64,000 nucleotides of DNA from Pedosphaera sp. (GTDB taxonomy: Bacteria; Verrucomicrobiota; Verrucomicrobiia; Limisphaerales; SIBH01), in NCBI GenBank assembly GCA_031414955.1, contig JANOQV010000067.1, forward strand, positions 13,062 through 77,061, given 5' to 3'. Each line of letters begins with the position of its first letter. Within the stretch, counting starts at the first letter, position 1. Below the pieces are notes generated by a model that did not search any database, was not told where the DNA came from, and saw nothing but the letters and a program-made list of their open reading frames with translations. This document shows positions 8,693 through 18,138 of the stretch, piece after piece. Position numbers and translations under genes: made by a program.

Positions 8693-9030
8693 CGCTGGCC
8701 CTCCAAAAAGGCGAAGTCTTCAAACGCGACTTTGAATGGCAGGCCGGATGGTATCTGCGCCGCGCGGGCGATGAGATCGCCCAAGGATACCTCGATTGCT
8801 TGAATGAGTCGCTGCGGCTGCTGGTCGTTCATCCCGGCCTCGGTTTCGCCCGCCGCTATCGCCATCCTGAGCTCAGGGGGCTGCGCTCGTTTCCGGTCAA
8901 CCGCCCCTTCCAACCACATCTGATTTTTTATCGCCACGATTCCACCACGCTCTTTGCCGTCCGAGTAATCCACGGCGCGCGTGACCTGCCCCGTCGGTTG
9001 CTGGAGCCATCCGGAGATCACGATGACTAG
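8689..9030 (+). CDS. ParE/RelE-family toxin
   Basis: HPGLG..RRY....LRGLRSFPV..PF..HLIFY...VRVIHGARDL, a typical ParE C-terminus. Confidence 0.85.
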   Translation: MTLALQKGEVFKRDFEWQAGWYLRRAGDEIAQGYLDCLNESLRLLVVHPGLGFARRYRHPELRGLRSFPVNRPFQPHLIFYRHDSTTLFAVRVIHGARDLPRRLLEPSGDHDD

Positions 9031-9090
9031 CCATCCCGCCCGTCTTCACCATCAAGTCCATGCGGGTCGTGCGCTGGTGCGTGGTGCCGG

Positions 9091-9126
9091 TGGAATTTGG
9101 GGTTTGGAGTTTGGAGTTTGGAGTTT
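9091..9126. repeat. Heptamer tandem repeat (TGGAGTT-like x5), lone right arm
   Basis: TGGAATT TGGGGTT TGGAGTT TGGAGTT TGGAGTT just before the BatA ATG. Confidence 0.85.
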
Positions 9127-9130
9127 CTAA

Positions 9131-11344
9131 ATGGGCTTCCTCAATCCATTGCTCCTCTTCGGCCTCGCGGCGGTCTCCGTGCCGATCATCATCCACCTGC
9201 TCAACCGGCGAAAATTCCAGAAGGTCGTGTGGGCGGCGATGCGGTTCATCCAGACCAGCGTGGAGAAAAACCAGCGCCGGATGCGCATCGAGGACATGAT
9301 TCTGCTCGCGCTGCGCTGCCTGCTGCTGGCGTTGCTGGCGTTGGCCCTGGCCCGGCCGGCCTTCCGAAACTCAGGCTCCAATTTCCTCGGCCAATCGAAG
9401 GCGACCGCCGTGCTCATTCTCGACAACTCGGCCAGCATGGGCATGAGCGACGGGACCGCGACGCGCTTCGAGAAGGCGAAGCAGGCGGCGGAACAGGCCC
9501 TCAACGGCATGCCCGCTGGCTCGGCCACCGCGGTGTTGCTCGCATCGGACATTGCGCAAGGCGCCATCGCCGAGCCGACGTTTGATCTCAATCTCGCGCG
9601 CAAAGTGATCCGCGAAGCGCCGCTGACCGACCGCGCCACCGATTTGCTGCCGTCGCTCCAGCGCGCGCTCGACACGCTCAAGCAACGCATCGGCTTGCGG
9701 AAGGAGATTTACCTCATCACCGATGGCCAACTCGCCGGCTGGAAACAGATGACGGAGATCCAGAAGCTGCTCGAAAACTCGCAACGCGACATCCGCACGC
9801 ATGTCGTGCTGGTGAGCGAGCATGAGGAGCGCAACCTGGCCGTGACGGAACTGCGCAACACCGGAGGGCTGACGCCGGTGAATCAACCGCTACGTTTCGA
9901 GGCCCGCGTGAGCAACTTCGGCCGCGAAGCCGTGAGCAACGTGCGCGTGAGCCTGAACGTGGACAGCGAGCCACCCAGCGATGAATTCACCATCGACTCA
10001 CTGCCCGTCGGCGGGAGCAAGAGCGTGTCGCTCTTCGCCAAAATTCGCGCCGAGGGCTTTCACTCCGTCGTCGCGCGCATTCCCGAGGATCGTCTGCCGG
10101 CGGATGACAAGCGCGCCCTGGCCGTGCGCGCCATCAAGGAAGTGCGCGTGTTATTGGTGGACGGCGATCCCGGTGCCGAGCCGCGCGACAGTGAAATCTT
10201 CTTCCTCCGTCACGCGCTCATCCCCGTGCCGGTGAGCGAGCAGCCGAATTACTTCGTCAAGGTGGCCCGCCTCGCTGCGCCTGAATTCCCGACCGCGCGG
10301 CTGGATGACTTCGACGCCGTGGTTCTGGCCAACGTCGCCGACTTGGCGGAGCCAGTGGCCAAAGGCTTGGAGCAATACGTCCGGCGGGGCGGGGGGCTGA
10401 TGATCTTCTCCGGCAACCGTCTCAATCCCTCGTTCTACAACGAGCAGTTGTCAGCCAAGCAGCACTTGTTGCCCGCGACCTTTGGTCCCATGCGCGGCGA
10501 CGCCGAGCAGGACGTGAACTACTTCACGCTCCAGGATCGCGGGCTGGAGCACGGCATTGTCTCGCTGTGGAATGATCCGAACGCGGGCACACTATCCTCG
10601 GCGAGATTTTATCGCGCTTATGATTTGCTGCCGGTGACGAACGGAGCGCCGGCTTCCAGCACGGCGCAAGCAGGCGCGTCCTCCAGCAATGCCGTGCTGG
10701 AAGCCGGCGCTCCGCAAGTCGTCGCCAAGTTCAGCCACGGCACGCCCGCCATCGTGGAACACACCTTCGGCCTCGGGCGCGTGGTCATGTTTGCCAGCAC
10801 GGCGGACACGGCCTGGAATGATTTCCCGGTCCGGCCCGCGTTTGTGCCGCTGCTGCATCGCACGCTCGGTGCGCTGGTCCAGCGACAGGACGAGGGCTTG
10901 AACGTGCGCGTCGGGCAAAAATTCGTGCGGCAGGTCGCCTCCGAACTGCTGGACAAGGAGGCGCGCGTCTTCAAGCCGCGCCAGACCGACGCCCTGCTCG
11001 AACAGCGCCGCATCGAACTGGTCAACGGCTGGCCCATGCTGCAATTCGAGGGCACCGATCTGGGCGGCATCTACGAAGTGGGCGTGGGTGACGCGCGCGG
11101 TGTGCTGCGCTTTGCGGCCCAAGCAGACGCGAACGAGTCGTCCCTCGACGAGCTTTCCGCCGAACAGAAAAAGCTCCTGAACGCCTCCGCCCACGTGGTC
11201 GAGTGGGCACCGGGGCTCTCGTTCAAAGACTCGATGCAGTTCGCAGGCAGCGGGGCCGAGTTCTGGCTGCCCATCGTGATCCTCGCCCTCCTCCTCGCGG
11301 GCGCGGAGACGTTTCTGGGCCAGTGGTTCAGCCGAAGCAAATGA
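9131..11344 (+). CDS. BatA-domain / vWA-domain membrane protein
   Basis: MGFLNPLLLFGLAAVSVPIIIHLLNRR (BatA N-terminus); vWA MIDAS DNSASM and LITDG; C-terminal TM. Confidence 0.9.
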   Translation: MGFLNPLLLFGLAAVSVPIIIHLLNRRKFQKVVWAAMRFIQTSVEKNQRRMRIEDMILLALRCLLLALLALALARPAFRNSGSNFLGQSKATAVLILDNSASMGMSDGTATRFEKAKQAAEQALNGMPAGSATAVLLASDIAQGAIAEPTFDLNLARKVIREAPLTDRATDLLPSLQRALDTLKQRIGLRKEIYLITDGQLAGWKQMTEIQKLLENSQRDIRTHVVLVSEHEERNLAVTELRNTGGLTPVNQPLRFEARVSNFGREAVSNVRVSLNVDSEPPSDEFTIDSLPVGGSKSVSLFAKIRAEGFHSVVARIPEDRLPADDKRALAVRAIKEVRVLLVDGDPGAEPRDSEIFFLRHALIPVPVSEQPNYFVKVARLAAPEFPTARLDDFDAVVLANVADLAEPVAKGLEQYVRRGGGLMIFSGNRLNPSFYNEQLSAKQHLLPATFGPMRGDAEQDVNYFTLQDRGLEHGIVSLWNDPNAGTLSSARFYRAYDLLPVTNGAPASSTAQAGASSSNAVLEAGAPQVVAKFSHGTPAIVEHTFGLGRVVMFASTADTAWNDFPVRPAFVPLLHRTLGALVQRQDEGLNVRVGQKFVRQVASELLDKEARVFKPRQTDALLEQRRIELVNGWPMLQFEGTDLGGIYEVGVGDARGVLRFAAQADANESSLDELSAEQKKLLNASAHVVEWAPGLSFKDSMQFAGSGAEFWLPIVILALLLAGAETFLGQWFSRSK

Positions 11345-11625
11345 AAGCTCCAAGCTCCAAACCCCAACCAACTTTCAACACTCAAGCTTCAACTTGGTGG
11401 TGTCGGTATGGTTTGAAGTCGCGGACTGGTCCGGGACGGAGCGCAAAAACTTCGCCCCGGAGCGCGGCTGTGCCCGTAGGGCCAGCCGCAGCACGCGAAT
11501 TATGCCGGGCGCTCTCGATTTGCCAACGTGCTGCGGCTGGTCTTCGACACAGCCGCGCTCCAAGGGCGTGTCGAAGTTTGAAGGTTGGAGTTTTGTTGGA
11601 GTTTGGGATTTGGATTTTGGAATTT
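11345..11625. repeat. Heptamer-armed inverted element with nested REPIN-like palindrome (11459-11561)
   Basis: Left arm of AAGCTCC-type units, right arm of GGAGTTT-type units. Inner inverted repeat ggagcgcggctgtg..ccagccgcagcacg / cgtgctgcggctgg..cacagccgcgctcc. Confidence 0.85.
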
Positions 11626-11635
11626 CGCCGCGCGC

Positions 11636-14065
11636 ATGACCGACTTCTTCCTCAAACTCCTCGGCGTGCCCATCACCGACGCTCTCGCCGTCAGCAAGAC
11701 CTCGCTGGCGCTGCGCGGCGGCGTGCCGATGGGCTGGGTGTTCTTCGCTGCCATCGTCTTTGGGCTGCTTACCTGGTGGAGCTTCGCGAAGACCCCGCAG
11801 GCCATCAGCCGCGCGCGCAAGGTTTTGCTCACCGCGTTGCGTCTGGTGTTCTTCGCCCTCGTGCTCGGGTTGCTGTTGCGACCGATTCTCGCGCTAACAG
11901 TCGAGGGCAGCATCCGCCGCTCGCTGGTGGTGCTGGTGGATGATTCCTCAAGCATGAACATCAAGGATCCGCGCCTCGACCCGGCGGACCAGAAGCGCGC
12001 CGCTCTGGCCCGCAACCTTCTCGATCCGACGAAGGGCTTGAGCCAGAACCTCGGAGCTGGTGCCGGCAAAGGCGTGGACCAACTCGCCCGTGTCGAAGTG
12101 GCGCGCGGCGCGCTCAAGAATCCGCGCCTGAATCTCTTGCCGCGACTCGAGAAAAACTTTGACCTCGACCCGTTTACATTTGGCCAGGGCGTGGCGCGGT
12201 TGCCGCAGCCCGAAACCAAGACCAACGAGTCGCGCAAAATCGAGGACTACGTCTGGATCGACCAGCTCGCGCCGGCCAGTCCGCTCACGCCCATCGGCGA
12301 CGCGTTGCGCGAAGTGTTGAACCGCAAGCGGGGCCAACCCCTCGCGGGCGTCGTTCTCGTCACCGACGGCGCGAACAACAGCGGTTCGCAGCCGCGTGAG
12401 GCCGCCGCGCTGCTGCGGGCCGAGGGCATCCCGCTTTACGTCTATGGCGTCGGCATCACCTCGCCGCGCGACATCATCGTGGCCAACATCTTCGCGCCCG
12501 ATGTGACCTTTGTGCGCGACGAAGTGACGGCCACGGTGCGCGTCCGCTCGCAAGGTTTGAGCGGGCACACGGCGCGGCTGAAGTTGCAACTCAACACCAC
12601 CACCGTGGCCGAGAAGGAGATTCAGTTCGGCGCGGACGGCGAGCAGGTGATTCCAATGACTTTCACGCCGCAGAACCAGGGACAGTTTGAGTTGACCGCG
12701 TCCATCGAGCCGCGCGACGACGAGACGGTGAAGGAGAACAACTCGGCGACGCACCAACTGCGCGTGGTGGACAGCCGCATTCGCGTGTTGCTGGCCGACC
12801 AGTCGCCGCGCTGGGAGTTCCGCTACCTGCAAGCCATGCTCCTGCGCGACCGGCGCGTGGACTTGAAGTGCTATCTCGTCGAGTCCGATCCGGCCATCGC
12901 GCGCGGTACGAACTCGCCTTACATCGACAGCTTCCCGGCGCGGCAGGACGACATCGCGAAATACGATCTCGTCATCTTCGGTGACATTGACCCGCGCAAG
13001 CTCACCCCGGGCCAGTTGGAAACGGTAAGCTACTTTGTCTCGGAACTGGGCGGCTCCTTCGTGCTGCTCGCCGGCAAGAAGTTCGCGCCGCACGCCTATC
13101 GCCGCACTGTGTTCGACCGCATGTTGCCGGTGGAGTTTGACGCGCCTGCGGTCACCGCCACCGAGCCGGTGGCGGACAAACCAGTGAAGCTGGAACTCAC
13201 TGCCGGCGGCCGCGCCAACCTGATGATGCGCCTCTCCGATCGCGACGAGGAGAGTCTGGCGGTGTGGAAACAACTGCCGCCAGTTTATTGGGTGGCGAAG
13301 GTGTCGCGCCCGAAACCCGCGGCCGAAGTGCTGCTCGTCGATCCCGACCCCGGCAAGGAATCGCGTTTCGGCAAAATGCCTGTCGTCGCGATGCAGCAAT
13401 ACGGCCAGGGCCAGGTCATGTATGTCGGCACCGACAACACCTGGCGTTGGCGCAAGAACTCGGGCGACTTCTATCACTCCGCCTTCTGGGGACAGATCGT
13501 CCAGCGCATGGCCATGCTGCACGTGCTCGGTGGCTCGAAGCGCACCCGGCTCTCGACCGACCGCAAGACTTACGTGACCGGCGAACGCGTGCAGGTCTTC
13601 GCGCGCTTGCAGACGGCGGGCGCGGAGCCATTGCAGGATACCACGGTGAAAGGCATCTACGGCCTGCGCACTGGCGGCCAACAGACGGAAGTGGTGCTGC
13701 GCGCCACGCCGGATCATCCCGGCCTGTATCGCGGCGAGTTCCTTGCGCCGCTCGCGGGCCAGTATCAGATCTACACGGAGCTGGACCTCGACGCGCCGGC
13801 GGATTTCACCGTCACGGAGCCGAAGTTCGAGTTTGGTGAAACGGCGATGAACGAGCCGTTGCTGCGCGACCTCGCGGTGACTACGGGAGGCGCGTTCTTT
13901 CGCGAGGAAGATTTGTTCAAACTGCCCGACACCATCGCGGCCAGGACCGAGCGCGTGAAGTCGCCGCTGGAAATCGAGCTGTGGTCATCGCCGCTTTATT
14001 TCATCCTGATGCTGCTGGTGCTGACCGGCGAATGGGTGCTGCGCAAGATGTCGTATTTGAAATGA
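11636..14065 (+). CDS. vWA plus glutamine-amidotransferase-like domain membrane protein
   Basis: DDSSSM MIDAS, VLVTDG, PRWEFRYL, YDLVIFGD, GTDNTWRWR; C-terminal EWVLRK TM anchor. Confidence 0.88.
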   Translation: MTDFFLKLLGVPITDALAVSKTSLALRGGVPMGWVFFAAIVFGLLTWWSFAKTPQAISRARKVLLTALRLVFFALVLGLLLRPILALTVEGSIRRSLVVLVDDSSSMNIKDPRLDPADQKRAALARNLLDPTKGLSQNLGAGAGKGVDQLARVEVARGALKNPRLNLLPRLEKNFDLDPFTFGQGVARLPQPETKTNESRKIEDYVWIDQLAPASPLTPIGDALREVLNRKRGQPLAGVVLVTDGANNSGSQPREAAALLRAEGIPLYVYGVGITSPRDIIVANIFAPDVTFVRDEVTATVRVRSQGLSGHTARLKLQLNTTTVAEKEIQFGADGEQVIPMTFTPQNQGQFELTASIEPRDDETVKENNSATHQLRVVDSRIRVLLADQSPRWEFRYLQAMLLRDRRVDLKCYLVESDPAIARGTNSPYIDSFPARQDDIAKYDLVIFGDIDPRKLTPGQLETVSYFVSELGGSFVLLAGKKFAPHAYRRTVFDRMLPVEFDAPAVTATEPVADKPVKLELTAGGRANLMMRLSDRDEESLAVWKQLPPVYWVAKVSRPKPAAEVLLVDPDPGKESRFGKMPVVAMQQYGQGQVMYVGTDNTWRWRKNSGDFYHSAFWGQIVQRMAMLHVLGGSKRTRLSTDRKTYVTGERVQVFARLQTAGAEPLQDTTVKGIYGLRTGGQQTEVVLRATPDHPGLYRGEFLAPLAGQYQIYTELDLDAPADFTVTEPKFEFGETAMNEPLLRDLAVTTGGAFFREEDLFKLPDTIAARTERVKSPLEIELWSSPLYFILMLLVLTGEWVLRKMSYLK

Positions 14066-14219
14066 AGGCGAGCGTGAGCAGAGTCGATGCGCCCCGGAGC
14101 GCGGCCTTCAGGCCGCTTCACCGTGATGACGGAGCGGCAGTTTGTGTGATTTCACCGCTGGTTGGTTTGCGGTCGCTTCAGCGCCGCTTTCAGACCATGC
14201 GCAGGGGCTGCCAATTGAA

Positions 14220-15905
14220 ATGATCATCGGACCTCCAACCACCGAACCACGCCTCGCCCCAAGCGCCTTGCTCGCGGAGAAGCTCGCCGCCGTGCGCCGC
14301 AAGCAGGTGGGCGTCGCGGCGGGCACTGGTGCGGGCATGGTGCTGGGCGCGTTCGTCATCCTGATCGCGGCGGTGATGCTGCTCGACTGGTGGCTCGACT
14401 TGCGCATGGCCGTGCGCGTGGCCGGATTGCTCCTCTTCCTTGGCGTGCCGGCGGTTCTGGCCTGGCGTTACATCATCACGCCCCTTCGTCGCCAGCCGGA
14501 TGACGACTCGGTGGCGCTGCGGGTCGAGAAGTCATTCCCGCAATTCCGCTCCCGGCTCATTTCCTCGATCCAATTTCCCCGGCCGAGTGGATTGCCGGAA
14601 GGCGCCGCGACCTCGCTCGTGCGCATGACCATGGCCGAGACGGAGGAACTGGCGCGGCCACTCGACTTCACGGAAGTCATCCCTACGAAGGAACTGACCA
14701 AGGTGTCCGGCTGGGCCGTAGCGGTGCTGGCTCTCGGGCTGTTCTCGTTCCTTTACGGCGGCGAGGTGAGCCGCGATTTGCTCAAGCGCGCGTTCCTTTC
14801 CTCGACGCTCGTGCCGCGTCACACCCGCGTGGAAGTCGTCACCGGCGACACGCGCATCGGGCGCGGCGACGCCCTCCGCATCGAGGCCCTGGCGCGCGGC
14901 GTGGTGCCGAAGGCCGGCAAGCTGTTCGTGAAAACTTCCGGCAAGCGCACGCAGGAATATCCGCTCGACCGCGACAAGAACGGCCGGTTCGTCCGTGCGC
15001 TGGAGAACGTGCAACAGGAGTTCACTTACACGGTCCGGCTGAACGACGGCGTGAGCCGCGAGCATCGCATCACCGTCGTGCCGCGTCCGAGCGTGGCCAT
15101 GATCCAGTGCGAGCAGACTTTTCCGGCTTACACGGGCTTGCCCGTCGCCCGGCGCTCGCTGGGTGATCTCACCCTGCTCGCCGGCAGCAAGCTCTCCCTC
15201 GCCGTCACCGCCACGCACGACATCAAGAAAGCCTCCATCCGCCTCGTGGGCCTGAGCAACGACGTGCCCATGCAAATCAGCGCGCAGAATCCGCGCGAGC
15301 TGCGCGGCCAGTTTGACATTCCCGCGAAAGGCCTGTCCGGTTTCGCCGTGGACATGGTGGATCAGAACGACATGAAGTCGCTCGACTCGGCGGTCTATCG
15401 CATCGACGTCGTGCCCGATCGCGCGCCCAAGATTCGCATCGTCTATCCCGACCGCCGCGAGGAACTCGTCACGCGCCAGGCTGTGCAGCCGATTGGCTTT
15501 GAGGCTAGCGACGATTTCCGCATCGCCCTCGCGCGGTTGCGCTACCGCGTGGGCGAGTCCGAGGAGGCCGAGATCAAAACCATCGAACTCGATCTGGGCA
15601 CGAATGCGGTGAAGGACTTGAAGAACCGTTACGAGTGGAGCATCCGTGACTTCCAGCCGCCGCTCGCCGAAGGCACGCGGGTCGAGTTCTGGATCGAGAT
15701 GCAGGACAACAACGACGTGACCGGTCCTGGCCTTGGGACCACGGAGCACCAACTCCTGCGCGTGGTAAGCGAGAACGAGAAGCGCGCCGACTTGCTCAAC
15801 CGCGCGGGTGATTTCATCGGCACCATCAGCGACGTGGCGGGCGATCAGGAGAAGCTCAACGCCAATCTTGGCGTGCTCATCATGGAGAAGTCCAAACCGC
15901 GTTGA
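14220..15905 (+). CDS. DUF4175-like membrane protein
   Basis: Three N-terminal TMs, RLISSIQF, and Ig-like region with PDRAPKIRI, ASDDF.I and MQDNNDVTGPG. Typical partner of BatA/vWA clusters. Confidence 0.8.
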   Translation: MIIGPPTTEPRLAPSALLAEKLAAVRRKQVGVAAGTGAGMVLGAFVILIAAVMLLDWWLDLRMAVRVAGLLLFLGVPAVLAWRYIITPLRRQPDDDSVALRVEKSFPQFRSRLISSIQFPRPSGLPEGAATSLVRMTMAETEELARPLDFTEVIPTKELTKVSGWAVAVLALGLFSFLYGGEVSRDLLKRAFLSSTLVPRHTRVEVVTGDTRIGRGDALRIEALARGVVPKAGKLFVKTSGKRTQEYPLDRDKNGRFVRALENVQQEFTYTVRLNDGVSREHRITVVPRPSVAMIQCEQTFPAYTGLPVARRSLGDLTLLAGSKLSLAVTATHDIKKASIRLVGLSNDVPMQISAQNPRELRGQFDIPAKGLSGFAVDMVDQNDMKSLDSAVYRIDVVPDRAPKIRIVYPDRREELVTRQAVQPIGFEASDDFRIALARLRYRVGESEEAEIKTIELDLGTNAVKDLKNRYEWSIRDFQPPLAEGTRVEFWIEMQDNNDVTGPGLGTTEHQLLRVVSENEKRADLLNRAGDFIGTISDVAGDQEKLNANLGVLIMEKSKPR

Positions 15906-15923
15906 ACTGCGGAATGACGAACC

Positions 15924-16033
15924 CGGAGTGCGCCCGTCTCGGGCGCAGAAGCATCCGCCGTTTCCAGGTCGCGGTGTTTTTCCGATGTCATCTGCGCCTC
16001 GGACATTGCAGCGCCCGGGACGGGCGCACTCCG
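15924..16033. repeat. REPIN-like inverted repeat between convergent genes
   Basis: cggagtgcgcccgtctcgggcgc mirrored by gcgcccgggacgggcgcactccg. Confidence 0.85.
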
Positions 16034-16047
16034 CGCCTGGGCCTTCC

Positions 16048-16545
16048 TCACGCCCCCAACATCAGGCGCGTGTCCTCGCTGAGCACCTTCTGCAAGTTCG
16101 GCCACTGCGCCTCGTTCATGGCGTAGAAGGCGTGCAGGTAAAGCGCCACCGATTCCGCCGGATGCTTGCCCAGCAGAAGTTCGACTGCGCTGGTTAACTC
16201 CGCGTCGCCGACCGTGGCGGGCAAATTTTCCACCACGCCCTTGTCGTTCTTGATCTTGAGCGCATCAAGGAAGTCGATCAGCAGCGCGGACTGCGTCTTG
16301 ACCAGCCAGCCGCTGATGACGTTGCCCGCGATCATGTTCAGGTCGGTGCGCGCCAGGGCGGGGGCCATGCTGCGGTGGCGATCGGCGCGGGACTGGCGTT
16401 CGAGGAACACCGGCCGCACCTTTTTGGCCTGGGCCACGGCGGCGATGGCCACGCGGTAAAGATCCTTGTCGGCGGTGGCAACTTCGTCCAGCACGCGCTG
16501 GGCGAGCGCGGGCGACATCTCTTTGAACATTTGACTGGCCGTCAT
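16048..16545 (-). CDS. Conserved hypothetical protein
   Basis: MTASQMFKEMSPALA...KVRPVFL...LLIDFLDALKI..DKGVVENLP; strong host codon bias. Confidence 0.8.
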   Translation of the reverse strand: MTASQMFKEMSPALAQRVLDEVATADKDLYRVAIAAVAQAKKVRPVFLERQSRADRHRSMAPALARTDLNMIAGNVISGWLVKTQSALLIDFLDALKIKNDKGVVENLPATVGDAELTSAVELLLGKHPAESVALYLHAFYAMNEAQWPNLQKVLSEDTRLMLGA

Positions 16546-16703
16546 GCGGGCGCACTTGTACGGGGTGAGAGGGCGGGGTGCAATGATTTCGATGCGGCGG
16601 ACTGGTGCGCAAAACCCCACCTTTTTTGAAATGACTTTTGGCTGCCACTCCAACGAAGCCCGACTTGCGAATTTCCATCAAGGACTATTTCGTGCGCCCG
16701 CAT

Positions 16704-17126
16704 CTATTTTGGAAGCTGCTCGTAAGATACTGCCTTTGCTCGAAACACCCTTCTATCACCCCAACCGGAGCGAGATGGTGGAAGTATTATGACTGCGCTT
16801 GCTCCCACCACGCGCGCTCGGTAAATGATGGCTTCGGTCATTTCCGCCTCTTCACCGGGTGTTCCTTCGCACGTTAGAACGGCGATGTCCTTGTGTGGGC
16901 GCTGAACTGGCCGTGTCTCGTCGAAAATGTCCACATGATCTGATTCGGCCCGTGGCGAAGTATCATACATGACAATCTTCACGCGAGCGATAAGCTTGGC
17001 TTTCCTTTGTGTGATTTTTCTTTCTGTTGCTATCTTCTCCGCCGTTTTTTGACGTTCCGGATCACTCGCGCAACCCACGACAACCAAAGAAACGAGTATG
17101 AATGTGAACAGCGTACGGTTCTGCAT
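16704..17126 (-). CDS. AT-rich putative lipoprotein (YbjQ-like C-terminal region)
   Basis: Lipobox VVVGC; RP..DIAVL...ARVVGASAVII pattern; GC content lower than the flanks. Confidence 0.7.
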   Translation of the reverse strand: MQNRTLFTFILVSLVVVGCASDPERQKTAEKIATERKITQRKAKLIARVKIVMYDTSPRAESDHVDIFDETRPVQRPHKDIAVLTCEGTPGEEAEMTEAIIYRARVVGASAVIILPPSRSGWGDRRVFRAKAVSYEQLPK

Positions 17127-17292
17127 AAGGTGCCTTTTGAAGGCAGTATTCTAACGCTGCGTAGCGTGGTCAAGTGAGTTTGAGGTCGGAGTGCAGCAGG
17201 ACATTGCACGGAACATCGGCTTGGTTCAGCGTGGAGATATTCCCGATAGCTCGAATTCTCTGCGTCGGTTCTGAACTTGAGCCCTCAGGTTC

Positions 17293-17361
17293 ATGCACCG
17301 GCTGACTTGGAAACTGTGGGCGTGCGCTTGCGCCGTCACGTTGCTCCTCACCGCCTTCCGA
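17293..17361 (+). pseudogene. Vestigial alternative 5' end (signal peptide) of the 18139 lipoprotein gene
   Basis: MHRLTWKLWACACAVTLLLTAFR versus MNRSSLNVLVLFLTALSLLTACR. 17343-17360 matches 18189-18206 at 17/18 nt, and both lie exactly 50 nt after their ATG. Confidence 0.65.
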
Positions 17362-17376
17362 TCAGGTTTGTCGCTG

Positions 17377-17405
17377 TTGTCATTCCAAGCGTGCTGCCGT
17401 AGTCT
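17377..17405 (+). promoter_or_regulatory. Putative sigma70-type promoter, leaderless
   Basis: TTGTCA-17 nt-TAGTCT, then 6 nt before the ATG at 17412. Confidence 0.55.
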
Positions 17406-17411
17406 GCGCCC

Positions 17412-17726
17412 ATGATCGCAACGGCTTCCAGCAGTCACATCCGCGTGGACAAGTCCGGCGTGGCTTGGATTGATGACACCAACGTGAAGGTCGTCGAGGT
17501 CATGCTCGACCATCTGGCCTACGGGCACAGTCCCGAGGAGATTCATCTGCAACATCCGCACCTCTCGCTGGCTCAGATTCATGCTGGCTTCACCTACTAC
17601 TTCGACCACCAGGAAGCGATGGATGCGGAACTGGCCCGTCGTTATGCGCGCACTGAGGCGCTCCGGGCCAAGGCTGCTCCGCAACTCTCCCGCAAGAAAC
17701 TCTTCGCGCGTCTCCAGAAGCGGTGA
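17412..17726 (+). CDS. DUF433-domain antitoxin
   Basis: I.DTNVKV.EV......GHSPEEIHLQHPHLSLAQIHA...YY, the DUF433 signature. Confidence 0.9.
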   Translation: MIATASSSHIRVDKSGVAWIDDTNVKVVEVMLDHLAYGHSPEEIHLQHPHLSLAQIHAGFTYYFDHQEAMDAELARRYARTEALRAKAAPQLSRKKLFARLQKR

Positions 17727-18073
17727 GCCTGCGCCTCTACATGGATGTGCATGTCCGCCGTCCCGTCACGACTGGCCTCCGTCGGCGCGGCGTCGAGGTC
17801 ATCACCGCGCAGGACGATGGCACGACCCGCCTGGCCGACGACAAGTTGCTCGACCGGGCGCACCAATTGAACTGTGTGCTCTTCAGCCAGGACGATGACT
17901 TGCTGGAGGAAGCGGCCACGCGCCAGCGGAAGGGCGTGGCCTTTGCCGGCGTCATCTACGCGCATCAACAGAACGTGACCGTGCGCCAGACCATCGAGGA
18001 TTTGGAATTGATGGCGAAGGCGTGCGAGCCGGAGGAGTTGGCAAATCGGGTGACGTATCTGCCTTTGCGCTAA
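17723..18073 (+). CDS. DUF5615 PIN-like toxin (VapC45-like)
   Basis: LYMDVHV...LRRRGVEVITAQ...DDKLLDRA...LFSQDDDL; GTGA overlap with the DUF433 gene. Confidence 0.9.
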   Translation: MSLRLYMDVHVRRPVTTGLRRRGVEVITAQDDGTTRLADDKLLDRAHQLNCVLFSQDDDLLEEAATRQRKGVAFAGVIYAHQQNVTVRQTIEDLELMAKACEPEELANRVTYLPLR

Positions 18074-18138
18074 CGCCACTCCTGCGGGCGGAGTTTCGCT
18101 CGCCACGGTGATGGAGATTCGTATGCTGTCCCCATCCT

